Assembly (NCBI GenBank): GCA_002788395.1
Contig: PFRF01000043.1
Coordinates: 1-47,235 of the forward strand
Direction: 5' to 3'
Source: Candidatus Levybacteria bacterium CG_4_9_14_0_2_um_filter_35_21
GTDB taxonomy: Bacteria > Patescibacteriota > Microgenomatia > Levybacterales > UBA12049
DNA: 47,235 nucleotides
The position numbers were made by a program, and so were the translations under genes. Below are positions 27,352-35,623 of the stretch, one piece after another; position 1 is the first letter of the stretch; each line of letters starts with the position of its first letter. The notes under the pieces are model-generated. The model was not told the DNA's origin. It saw nothing but the letters and a program-made list of their open reading frames with translations, and made no database searches.

Positions 27352-27422
27352 TGCGGGATCGTATAATGGTAGTACAACGGACTCTGAATCCGTTTATCAT
27401 GGTTCGAATCCATGTCCCGCAG
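27352..27422 (+). tRNA. tRNA-Gln (anticodon CTG), no encoded CCA
   Basis: Manual cloverleaf. Acceptor TGCGGGA/TCCCGCA, D arm GTAT-AATGGTA-GTAC, anticodon arm ACGGA-CTCTGAA-TCCGT, T arm CATGG-TTCGAAT-CCATG, discriminator G. 71 nt. Confidence 0.9.
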
Positions 27423-27453
27423 CTCAGGCCTTAGCAGGTGGGAATTCATTCAT

Positions 27454-27478
27454 CTAGGTTCGAATCCTAGTTCGGCAG
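27454..27478 (+). other. Orphan tRNA 3' fragment (T arm plus acceptor 3' strand)
   Basis: CTAGG-TTCGAAT-CCTAG-TTCGGCA-G. 19 of 25 identical to the 3' end of tRNA-Gln, with compensatory AT-to-TA swaps on both T-stem strands. No matching 5' acceptor strand, D arm or anticodon arm upstream. Confidence 0.6.
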
Positions 27479-27629
27479 CAAAATATTTAGCCTCAGATTT
27501 TTATCTCAAAACATATCAAGCGAAAATTGGATTCGAACTTTTATACCTAGAATAACTTTGCACAACTCAAGATGTAAGAAGCCATGAAAATAAATTGTAT
27601 TTTAAATTAAGCTAATACTTATTTAATCT

Positions 27630-28043
27630 CTAATCAAAGGGGTTGGTTATTAGATGTTGAAATGGCATTTGCTCAGAAATAATACCTACTGACTTACCAT
27701 AGTCGATAGCTTCAATCAATTGAGGATCACCATCCACAAAACTAAATGTCTTACCTTGATATATCACAGTCATGTGTCCATCCCTACATAAGTGTGTATA
27801 AAAAGCAGGCTTAATGGTTTTCATTGCCTTTGCGACATATTCCTGTTCTGAAGAAGCTGGCACTTCTACTTGATGAAAGGTCATTACTCTATTTTCACTT
27901 TCTAGTTTACTAACATTTGTTCCAACGATGGTAACCATATCCAGTAAAGACTTATCACTAAGGCTTTCTTCAAGAATTACCCCCTGCCATGCATTAGATA
28001 CTCCTTCTTTTTTTTCTTTATTCATAGTTTTTTTCGTAATCAC
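27630..28043 (-). CDS. Hypothetical protein
   Basis: 137-aa ORF from a GTG, with an alternative ATG 6 codons in (MNKEKKEG). No recognised motif. Confidence 0.45.
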   Translation of the reverse strand: MITKKTMNKEKKEGVSNAWQGVILEESLSDKSLLDMVTIVGTNVSKLESENRVMTFHQVEVPASSEQEYVAKAMKTIKPAFYTHLCRDGHMTVIYQGKTFSFVDGDPQLIEAIDYGKSVGIISEQMPFQHLITNPFD

Positions 28044-28116
28044 CTTTTAAGCTGGTATTATATGGCACATAACAATATTAGTTAACAACAGCTATAAAAG
28101 AGCACAACATTTTTTT

Positions 28117-28923
28117 TTATAAAACATATGGGCAAAACTCTTTGTTGTATTGATCAATTGTGTCATTGAGCTCACTTCTCAACCATGGCGTTTGAAGCAT
28201 GTAATAATCAAAATTTCCCCAGTCTTCTAATGTTTTAGGTGGAACAAATCCGTGTTGAATAGCTAGGTCGTATAATGGCGTACCAGGAAATGGTGCATAG
28301 ACATGTGTTTTTACTTCATTCGAAGAACCCAATCTTGCTATTCTTTCTCCAAAATCAAGAGTTCTCTGAATATTGTCTTCAGGAAAACCTGGATAACCAA
28401 CAATTATTGTGAAGCTTGCATGTATATCGAAATTGCTTAGCATCTGAGCTGCAGTAAGAATGTCGCTTGTAGTTGCGCCCTTCTGAATATATTCTAATTC
28501 ATCGTCATTTCCAGACTCAGCACCAATTAATATTCTCGATAATCCGCTCGACCTTAGCAGGCCCAATTCGTCTTGAGTGTACGATAACAGACCCTTGGGA
28601 TGTGCTGCGGCGGCCCATTTGATGTCCCATCTTCTCGCCAACACATTTTGCGCAAACGTTAACACCCTGTTCTTATTTACGAAAAAATTAGAATCATAGA
28701 ATTTAATTCCATTTGCATCATATTTTTCGACTAGTTGTGATATCTCCTCCATTGTTCTGTTCATTGTTTCAGGGTTCCATCTCCTATTGTATAAAGCCAC
28801 CTCTGAGCTCTGGTATCTTTTCAAACTTGAAAGCATACTCATCACCTCCTTTAGGTTTCTGATTCTACTAAAGATGGGGTATGCTTTTGTAGGTACTCCT
28901 GTACTACGTGACACTACCTGCAA
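28117..28923 (-). pseudogene. Radical SAM (B12-binding class)-like remnant lacking the N-terminal domain and the CxxxCxxC cysteines
   Basis: IKFYDSNFF, ILIGAESGNDDELEYIQKG, FTIIVGYPGFPED and VYAPFPGTPLY match the radical SAM TIM-barrel core. The segment where GCPxxCxFC is expected reads GVPTKAYPI (all Cys lost) and nothing precedes it. A strong internal SD AGGAGGTG (reverse complement of 28843-28850) lies 6 nt before ATG 28836. Confidence 0.55.
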
Positions 28924-29005
28924 TGTCGCATATGTATTTTAACTTATACAAATATTAATTCAATTGCTTCTATTGTTATGATAAAAAGTTTGTTATATTT
29001 ATGGG

Positions 29006-29980
29006 GTGGAAATTAAAGACTATTCCGGATTTTCTAAAATAGAATACATTAGCAGAAGAGAACGTAAAAAAAAGAGCAAAAATAGACTGCAAAAAATATC
29101 TTTCTTCTTTATTTTATTTGCCATAATTTTATTTTTGGTATCAGTCCAAGTAATAAATTTTAATATTTCTAAAACTAAAAAAGAGGTTCTTAGTGCGGTT
29201 TCAAAAATTACAAAATTAAATTTAGACAATGGGCTAGAAAAAGCCGTATTAGATTCTCTAAAAGGATCAAAGGGAACATATGCAGTTGCAATAAAAAATC
29301 TTAATACGGGTGAATCATATTATCTTAACGAACATAAAAAATTTGAGGCAGCAAGTCTATATAAGAATTGGATTATGGCAACTGTCTTTGGGCAGATAGA
29401 AACCGGAAAAATAAGTAGAGACGAAATACTAAAGAAAGATATAGCTAAACTAAACGAGGAATTTGAAATCGCTACGGAATCGGCAGAAATGACAGAAGGA
29501 GAAATTGAAGTATCGGTTATTCAGGCACTAATTGGAATGATTACAATATCTCATAATTATGATGCATTGATCCTGACAGATAGGGTGAGGCTTTCATCTG
29601 TTAGGAGTTTCTTAGCAGAATCAGGGCTAAATGAATCTTCCGTTGGCTCTCCACCCTTAATAACAGCTTATGATGCATCTTTATTTTTTGAAAAGTTGTA
29701 CAAACAAGAGTTGGCTAGTCCGGAATCAACAAAAGAGATGATTGATTTTCTCAAAAAACAAACACTAAATAATAAAATTCCCAAATTTCTGCCGGAAGAT
29801 CTGGTTATTGCTCATAAGACAGGAGAACTGGGAAGTTTTACCCACGACGCAGGGATAGTCTATACCCCCAAAGGGAATTATATTATTGCAATCTTGTCCG
29901 AAAGCAATTATCCGTCGGGAGCAGAAGAAAATATTAGCAAGATTTCAAAAGTGGTATATGATTATTTCTCTGCAAAATAG
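29006..29980 (+). CDS. Membrane-anchored serine hydrolase, class A beta-lactamase/PBP-like
   Basis: GTG start, N-terminal TM (ISFFFILFAIILFLV). SxxK (SLYK), SxN-like (SHN) and KTG (HKTGEL) motifs in order. Confidence 0.65.
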   Translation: MEIKDYSGFSKIEYISRRERKKKSKNRLQKISFFFILFAIILFLVSVQVINFNISKTKKEVLSAVSKITKLNLDNGLEKAVLDSLKGSKGTYAVAIKNLNTGESYYLNEHKKFEAASLYKNWIMATVFGQIETGKISRDEILKKDIAKLNEEFEIATESAEMTEGEIEVSVIQALIGMITISHNYDALILTDRVRLSSVRSFLAESGLNESSVGSPPLITAYDASLFFEKLYKQELASPESTKEMIDFLKKQTLNNKIPKFLPEDLVIAHKTGELGSFTHDAGIVYTPKGNYIIAILSESNYPSGAEENISKISKVVYDYFSAK

Positions 29981-29984
29981 AAAA

Positions 29985-31517
29985 TTATTTATTTGAGGAA
30001 CTCAAAAAAACAATTACTTCTTCTGCGGAATAATTGCCGTCATGCTCTTGAATAAGTTTTTTAACTGTCTGAAGATCTTTTCCTAACGTTACCACCATTG
30101 GTTCCTCGGAATCGGTCGCATTTCCGCATGCAGCGATAAGTGCTCGGCATAAGCATATTTTGCTTTTCGTATCTTCCGGATCTCCACCTTTTTTTATAAA
30201 TGTTTCCGGTTTTTCCGCAGGACACCTAAATCCGATGCTCCCATTCTCTTTAAGATATGCATGAACTAAATACCCCAAAGTACAAATTCTTTTAGTCTTT
30301 TCTATTATATCTTTCTGTGATAGGGTCCCCTCTATAAGCGCTTTTTTAAACGGAAAACCCGAAGGGGAAAGATCTGCGTCTGTCATAACTTCTATTTCTT
30401 CTGCGACAATAAAATCTCTTACATGTTTAGCCATAGCTTTTTCAAACCCAGATTCGTTACAAAGTGCAAAGTCTGAGCCAACTTGTACTCCTATTGCTCC
30501 GTTTTCTTTCGCCTCTTTTAATTTTTCCGGGGTACCGTATTTACCGGCTAACCAAAATGGTTTTCCATACTCTAACATTTTTTTCAAATCTGCATAATCT
30601 TTATCTGTATAGACTGGTTCTCTCTTTTCATCTACTTTTTTATTTCTCGATTTTGAATTATGTCCTCCCGCGTCCGGTCCTTCCACGATAAAGCCATCAA
30701 TCCCCTCTGAGTCTTTAAATCTTTTGGCAAGAACATCATAGGAAATTATAGGAATAAATCTTGGCTTTTTAAGCGTAATTTCTTTAGGTACATAATCTTT
30801 TAAATTAAGTTCTAAATCATATCCGTTAGGTAAGTCATAGACATCTAACTTATAAGTAGCAGTTTGTCTATTTATAAAATCATTAAATAGTTTTGGAAAT
30901 TGTTCCGGCATTCCTGCACCAACCAATGCATAATCAACTTCTGCCATCATTGCCCCCAAGCATAGTTGGTAGATGCATTAATTGAATTTTTTCCAGTTCA
31001 TTAATTCCAATCGGTCCGCTATGTCCTTGTTTAGCAAGCCAAACTTCCGTAAATGCAGAAGCAATAGCAAGTTTTGTCATTTTTTCTTTTTGCTCGGGAG
31101 TGCCATTTACTAAGACCTCCGGTTTTGGAGCCATCTTATATTTTCTGTCTTTATTCTTTTCTTCTTCGGAGACAAAATATTCCTTAATAATGTCCTGTCC
31201 GATTATAATGTTATATTTTTTATCCAATGCTCTAAGTGCTTTGCGGGAGTCCAAATCTCCTTTCTGAAGTCTGTTTACCATCACTATGGGCAGAGCAGTG
31301 CCGGAAACAACTCCTAAAACTTGCTCTCCAAGCTTTTCTCCTGCAATAGCAACAGCGCGTGCTAATTTCCAATCGGAAATTGCAACACCCATTCCTCCCT
31401 GAATAATTTCAGGCTGCAGATGATCGTCATAAAACCAGTGTCTTTCTTTAAATAGTTCAGGTCTGCAAGCTTGCTCCGGGGATATGGAGAAGCCTGCGGA
31501 AGAGAGGTTTCAATCAT
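29985..31517 (-). pseudogene. Nitronate monooxygenase (NMO/2-nitropropane dioxygenase)-like FMN enzyme split by two homopolymer frameshifts
   Basis: Three frame segments. ATG 31517 gives MIETSLPQASPYP. The frame changes at the G4/C4 run 31478-31481 to PEQACRPELFKERHWFYDDHLQPEIIQGGMGVAIS... It changes again at the C5 run 30953-30957 (MLG|AMMAEVDYALVGAGMPEQ...). One extra base in the first run and one fewer in the second restore a single 511-codon frame. Confidence 0.75.
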
Positions 31518-31525
31518 AGCTATGA

Positions 31526-31554
31526 ATATTACAGTAGTTTATAATTTTAATCAA
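31526..31554 (-). promoter_or_regulatory. Sigma70-like promoter TTGATT-N17-TAATAT, 8 nt before ATG 31517
   Basis: The reverse complement of 31549-31554 is TTGATT and that of 31526-31531 is TAATAT. Confidence 0.4.
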
Positions 31555-31562
31555 TATTGATT
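31549..31562. promoter_or_regulatory. Perfect 14-bp palindrome AATCAATATTGATT overlapping the -35 box (candidate operator)
   Basis: Self-complementary by inspection. Followed by a second small inverted repeat ATCCT-N5-AGGAT (31563-31577). Confidence 0.35.
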
Positions 31563-31605
31563 ATCCTAAAAAAGGATATAGGAAGTTATAGAAGAAATGT
31601 AATTA

Positions 31606-32115
31606 CTAGGTCTGTTCTATAGGTGCCGTTACCGATCCATTGCCATTTGTTCCTCCCGGTCTAAGTTTTTCCACGCTCGCAACTTTTTGCGAAATAGTTA
31701 GAATAGCAGCTTTAATATCATCAAGATCCTGCTGGATATCTTCAACTTCATCTTCTAACTCTTCTTGTTCTTTTTCTTCTTCGCGTTGCTCTCTTTCTTC
31801 TTCAAGTTCTTCCAAGTCATCTTCCAGAGCCATTCTGTTTTGAGTTATCATAATAAAGGTCGCAAGAAAAATTGCCTCCAGCGAAACAATCATTGTTAGA
31901 AGACCATAAGGGAAAGGGTCAAACTTAGGAATAAGGGGGGAAAAATGTCCTTGTCCGGCTAAGATCCAAAAAACAAACCATATAGCATGAAAATACACAA
32001 AAGACATACTTCCCGCAAATTTTGTGATCATTTCGGCAAGTTTTGTTTCGAAAGAATGGAGTTCTCTTAAGAGAAGTGTCTCTTCTTTTGTTTTAGCGGC
32101 AAACTTTTTTTTCAT
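31606..32115 (-). CDS. DUF1003 domain-containing membrane protein with acidic coiled-coil tail
   Basis: FAGSMSFVYFHAIWFVFWI, DPFPYGLLTMIVSLEAIFLATFIMITQNR are typical of DUF1003. C-terminus EELEEEREQREEEKEQEELEDE. Confidence 0.75.
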   Translation of the reverse strand: MKKKFAAKTKEETLLLRELHSFETKLAEMITKFAGSMSFVYFHAIWFVFWILAGQGHFSPLIPKFDPFPYGLLTMIVSLEAIFLATFIMITQNRMALEDDLEELEEEREQREEEKEQEELEDEVEDIQQDLDDIKAAILTISQKVASVEKLRPGGTNGNGSVTAPIEQT

Positions 32116-32283
32116 AATTATATAAGCTTATTTAATTGTAACTCCGAGGATATATTTGTCAACCATTAAGTTGAGATCAAAAAATACGCTATGGGGTATG
32201 TTTAGCCTCAATTATAAAGGTTGACTGGAATGGAGTAATAAGCTAAACTTAATTCTCTGAGCTCAAAATGCTCTCTTGGGGGC

Positions 32284-32317
32284 TTGACAACTAGCAGTGG
32301 GTGTGATAGAGTGCTAA
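32284..32317 (+). promoter_or_regulatory. lon promoter TTGACA-N17-TAGAGT overlapped by a CIRCE-like inverted repeat
   Basis: TTGACA at 32284-32289, TAGAGT at 32307-32312. CTAGCAGTG-N9-GAGTGCTAA (32291-32317) compared with CIRCE TTAGCACTC-N9-GAGTGCTAA: right half 9/9, left half 6/9. Confidence 0.35.
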
Positions 32318-32335
32318 TTATAATTATAGCTAAGT

Positions 32336-34708
32336 ATGAATAAACTAATACCAATAATCCCAATAAGAGATGGAATAATTTTCCCAAACACAGATTCTGT
32401 TTTAACCTTTGGTAGACCAAAAAGCTTATCCGCGCTGGAATCGGCTTTTGCTCAAGAAAGAATTGTTTGTTTTGTCCTTCAGAAAAATGCCAGATTAAAT
32501 GAACCAACTTCAGGTGATCTTTATTCTGTCGGAACTCTCTCTAGAATTGAAAGAATGATTAAAACAGACGGAGAAATTAACGCCCAAGTTAAAGGTCTAT
32601 CAAGAGTTAGGGTAGAATCATACGAACAAGATCAGCCTTTCCTTTTAGGTAAAATAACGGAATTAAAGAATAAAGATGAAGACAGTGCCGAGGTAAAAGC
32701 TTTAACAAATCACATAGTTAGCGAGTTCAGAAGAGCGATGAATCTTGGGAAATTTGTTGATTTTTTGGTTTTTATGAATATTATGTCCGAAAATACGCCG
32801 TCTCAACTTTCGGATTTAGTTGCTTCGGTTTTGGATTTAAAACCTGTAGAAAGGCAAGCTCTTTTGGAAGAAGTAAATGTAAGAACAAGACTGGAAAGGA
32901 TTAATGATTTACTTGCAAAAGAACTTAAGGTATTAGAAATTGAACGAAAAATATCTTCAAAAACGCAGGAAAGATTTGAAAAAGGTGCCCGGGAAGTAAT
33001 GCTTAGGGAGAGGTTAAAGACTATAGAAAAAGAACTTAGCGAAACTGATGAAGATGCCGAGATTAAAGAACTGATGGAAAGAGTTAAAAAGGTTAAAATG
33101 CCCGAAGATATCGAAGAAAAGATAAAAAAGGAAGTCAAAAAACTTTCCCAGATGAATCAATTTAATCCGGAAGCAGGTTATATTAGGAATTATTTAGATT
33201 GGGTATTAAGTCTTCCTTGGAGCGTGAAAAGTAAAGGTCAGGTAAATATCAAAGCTGCGGAAAAAATCCTTAACGAAGATCATTATGGTTTAGAAAAAGT
33301 TAAGGAAAGAATTGTGGAATATTTGGCTGTTCATAAGCTTGCCGGAAAAATAAAAGGACCAATTTTATGTTTTGTGGGACCTCCCGGAGTCGGAAAAACT
33401 TCTCTTGGAAAATCAATAGCAAGAGCATTGGACCGTAAGTTTGTAAAAATGTCTTTGGGGGGAATAAGAGATGAAGCAGAAATAAGAGGACATAGAAGAA
33501 CCTATGTAGGAGCTATGCCAGGAAGAATTATTCAAGGCATTAAAGATGCGGGGACCCGTAATCCTGTTTTTATGCTTGATGAGATAGACAAAGTTGGTGC
33601 AGATTTTAGAGGAGATCCGTCGGCTGCTCTTTTGGAAGCATTAGATCCGGAACAAAACAATCAGTTCTCGGATCATTATTTAGAAGTCCCTTTTGATCTT
33701 TCCGATGTAATGTTTATTACTACGGCAAACGTTTTAGATACAATTCCTCCTGCATTAAGGGATAGACTTGAAATAATCCGATTCTCGGGTTATACCCATG
33801 AGGAAAAATTTAGAATCGCAAAGAACTATTTAATTAAGAAGCAAATGGAAAATCATGGATTAAGTCAAAAATATGTTGAGATTGCAGATTCTGCCATTCG
33901 TTTTATTACTCAACATTATACAAGGGAAGCAGGAGTAAGGAGTATGGAGAGGCAAATTAGTGCAATTCTTAGAAAAGTTGCCAAAATGGTTGCAGAAGGA
34001 AAAAAGAAAAAGCTGCTGGTTAGCGACAAAAATATTCAGAAGTTACTTGGTCCGATTAGTTTTAACTCTACCATGCTTGAAAAAAAGGATGAAGTTGGAA
34101 TGTCCACAGGACTTGCCTGGACAGAAGCAGGTGGAGATATCCTATTTATAGAAGTTGCCTTAATGCCCGGAAAAGGGAGTCTTATCCTAACAGGACAGCT
34201 TGGTGATGTTATGAAAGAGTCCTGCACGGCGGCAATGTCCTACATAAGGGCAAGAGCAAAAGAATTAGGATTATCCGATAAATTTTATCAAAAGATAGAC
34301 GTTCATGTACATGTTCCGGAAGGAGCGGTTCCAAAAGATGGTCCATCTGCAGGAGTTGCCATTACAACAGCAATTGTCTCTGCTCTTACAAAAATTCCTG
34401 TAAATAGAAAAGTTGCCATGACCGGAGAAATTACTTTAAGGGGAAGAGTTTTGGAAATTGGCGGAGTTAAGGAAAAAGTTATTGCGGCTCATCGTGCAGG
34501 AATTAAAAGAGTTCTTATGCCAAAAGAAAATAAAAAAGATTTAGAAGATGTGCCAAAGGAAGTTCAAAAAGATTTAACTTTTAGTTTTGTTTCTCATATG
34601 GATGAAGCTTTGGAGATTGCTTTAACAAAGATTCTTAAAAAGTCCGTGACGCAAGCTCTTTCGACGCATGCCGTATTGCATGCCCCGTCTCCCTACAAAG
34701 CAGATTAA
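32336..34708 (+). CDS. lon: ATP-dependent Lon protease
   Basis: LON N-domain, Walker [10 protein letters not shown], Walker B FMLDEIDK, protease motif DGPSAGVA with catalytic Ser and the KEK region. About 25 unconserved residues at the C-terminus are encoded by GC-rich DNA. Confidence 0.97.
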   Translation: MNKLIPIIPIRDGIIFPNTDSVLTFGRPKSLSALESAFAQERIVCFVLQKNARLNEPTSGDLYSVGTLSRIERMIKTDGEINAQVKGLSRVRVESYEQDQPFLLGKITELKNKDEDSAEVKALTNHIVSEFRRAMNLGKFVDFLVFMNIMSENTPSQLSDLVASVLDLKPVERQALLEEVNVRTRLERINDLLAKELKVLEIERKISSKTQERFEKGAREVMLRERLKTIEKELSETDEDAEIKELMERVKKVKMPEDIEEKIKKEVKKLSQMNQFNPEAGYIRNYLDWVLSLPWSVKSKGQVNIKAAEKILNEDHYGLEKVKERIVEYLAVHKLAGKIKGPILCFVGPPGVGKTSLGKSIARALDRKFVKMSLGGIRDEAEIRGHRRTYVGAMPGRIIQGIKDAGTRNPVFMLDEIDKVGADFRGDPSAALLEALDPEQNNQFSDHYLEVPFDLSDVMFITTANVLDTIPPALRDRLEIIRFSGYTHEEKFRIAKNYLIKKQMENHGLSQKYVEIADSAIRFITQHYTREAGVRSMERQISAILRKVAKMVAEGKKKKLLVSDKNIQKLLGPISFNSTMLEKKDEVGMSTGLAWTEAGGDILFIEVALMPGKGSLILTGQLGDVMKESCTAAMSYIRARAKELGLSDKFYQKIDVHVHVPEGAVPKDGPSAGVAITTAIVSALTKIPVNRKVAMTGEITLRGRVLEIGGVKEKVIAAHRAGIKRVLMPKENKKDLEDVPKEVQKDLTFSFVSHMDEALEIALTKILKKSVTQALSTHAVLHAPSPYKAD

Positions 34709-34713
34709 TTTAG

Positions 34714-34787
34714 TACCCCCGACCGGATTCGAACCGGTGACCTCTTGGATGAGAACCAAGTGTCCTAAGCCACTAGACGACGGGGGC
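34714..34787 (-). tRNA. tRNA-Glu (anticodon CTC), no encoded CCA
   Basis: Manual cloverleaf on the minus strand. Acceptor GCCCCCG/CGGGGGT (G1-U72 wobble), D arm GTCT-AGTGGCTTA-GGAC, anticodon arm CTTGG-TTCTCAT-CCAAG, T arm ACCGG-TTCGAAT-CCGGT. 74 nt. Confidence 0.9.
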
Positions 34788-34831
34788 TTAACCGTTATTT
34801 TACCTTAAATTCTGCTTCCAGACAACTTTAA

Positions 34832-34860
34832 TTGTCTTAATATTTTATTTCTTGTATAAT
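34832..34860 (+). promoter_or_regulatory. Sigma70-like promoter TTGTCT-N17-TATAAT, 6 nt before GTG 34867
   Basis: TTGTCT at 34832-34837, TATAAT at 34855-34860. The TTG start in the ORF track (34852) lies inside this -10 region. Confidence 0.4.
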
Positions 34861-34866
34861 TTCATT

Positions 34867-35622
34867 GTGAGCAAAGACATTTTTCTTTCGGTAATAATTC
34901 CTTCTTATAACGAAATGGCAAATCTTAGAAAAGGAGTTCTGGATAAGGTTGACCATTTCTTAAAAAAACAACAATACTCTTTCGAAGTAATCATTGTTGA
35001 CGATGGTTCAACAGATGGCAGTCTGGACTTCGTAGAAAAATTTGTCAAAGACAATGAAGATTTTAAATTATTAAAAAACCAGCATTTAGGTAAAGCAGGC
35101 GCGGTTACCGCAGGTATGCTTGCTGCAAAAGGGGAAAATAGATTGTTTACCGATATGGATCAGGCAACTCCGATTGAAGAAATTAATGATTTAGTTCCCT
35201 TTTTAAATAATTATGACATAATAATTGGCAGTAGAAGCTCAAGCAGAGAAGGAGCCCCCTGGACAAGGCTTGTAATGGCAAGGGGGATGATAATTTTAAG
35301 AAGTTTAATTGTTGGAGTAAGAGGAATAAGAGACACGCAATGCGGTTTTAAATTATTTAAAGCAAAACCGGCAGAAAAATTATTCGGAAGAATCCAAGAT
35401 TTTCATAAAGGATTTAAAAAAATTTCCGGTTCGTCTGTAACAGCAGGATTTGACGTGGAACTTTTGTATATTGCTCAAAAAATGGACTATAAAATTAAGG
35501 AAGTTCCGGTAAGTTGGTTATATGTAGAAACTAGACGTGTTAGCCCAATAAAAGATTCCATAGAAGGGGTAATATCGTTGCTAACGATCAAACTTAATAG
35601 CTTAAGAGGCAAGTACAAATAA
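34867..35622 (+). CDS. GT2 glycosyltransferase, polyprenyl-phosphate sugar synthase-like
   Basis: LSVIIPSYNE, IIVDDGSTDGS, TDMDQ and RDTQCGFKLF are typical of Dpm1/GtrB-like GT2. The start is uncertain: GTG 34867 or TTG 34852. Confidence 0.8.
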   Translation: MSKDIFLSVIIPSYNEMANLRKGVLDKVDHFLKKQQYSFEVIIVDDGSTDGSLDFVEKFVKDNEDFKLLKNQHLGKAGAVTAGMLAAKGENRLFTDMDQATPIEEINDLVPFLNNYDIIIGSRSSSREGAPWTRLVMARGMIILRSLIVGVRGIRDTQCGFKLFKAKPAEKLFGRIQDFHKGFKKISGSSVTAGFDVELLYIAQKMDYKIKEVPVSWLYVETRRVSPIKDSIEGVISLLTIKLNSLRGKYK

Positions 35623-35623
35623 A

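Noticed and set aside
27423-27478. A second complete tRNA gene directly after tRNA-Gln
   Set aside because: Only a T arm and a 3' acceptor strand can be folded. No TGCCGAA 5' strand, D arm or anticodon arm exists in the preceding 80 nt. Treated as a fragment.
32208-33138. Minus-strand ORFs 32208-32507 and 32803-33138
   Set aside because: They overlap the lon promoter or run antisense to lon. The Ser-rich, low-complexity translation is a mirror of the Glu/Lys-rich lon region.
34852-34866. TTG 34852 (and likewise TTG 43079) as true start codons
   Set aside because: Both abut or overlap a TTGTATAAT sequence that reads as a -10 promoter box, with an in-frame GTG or ATG 6 nt after the box.
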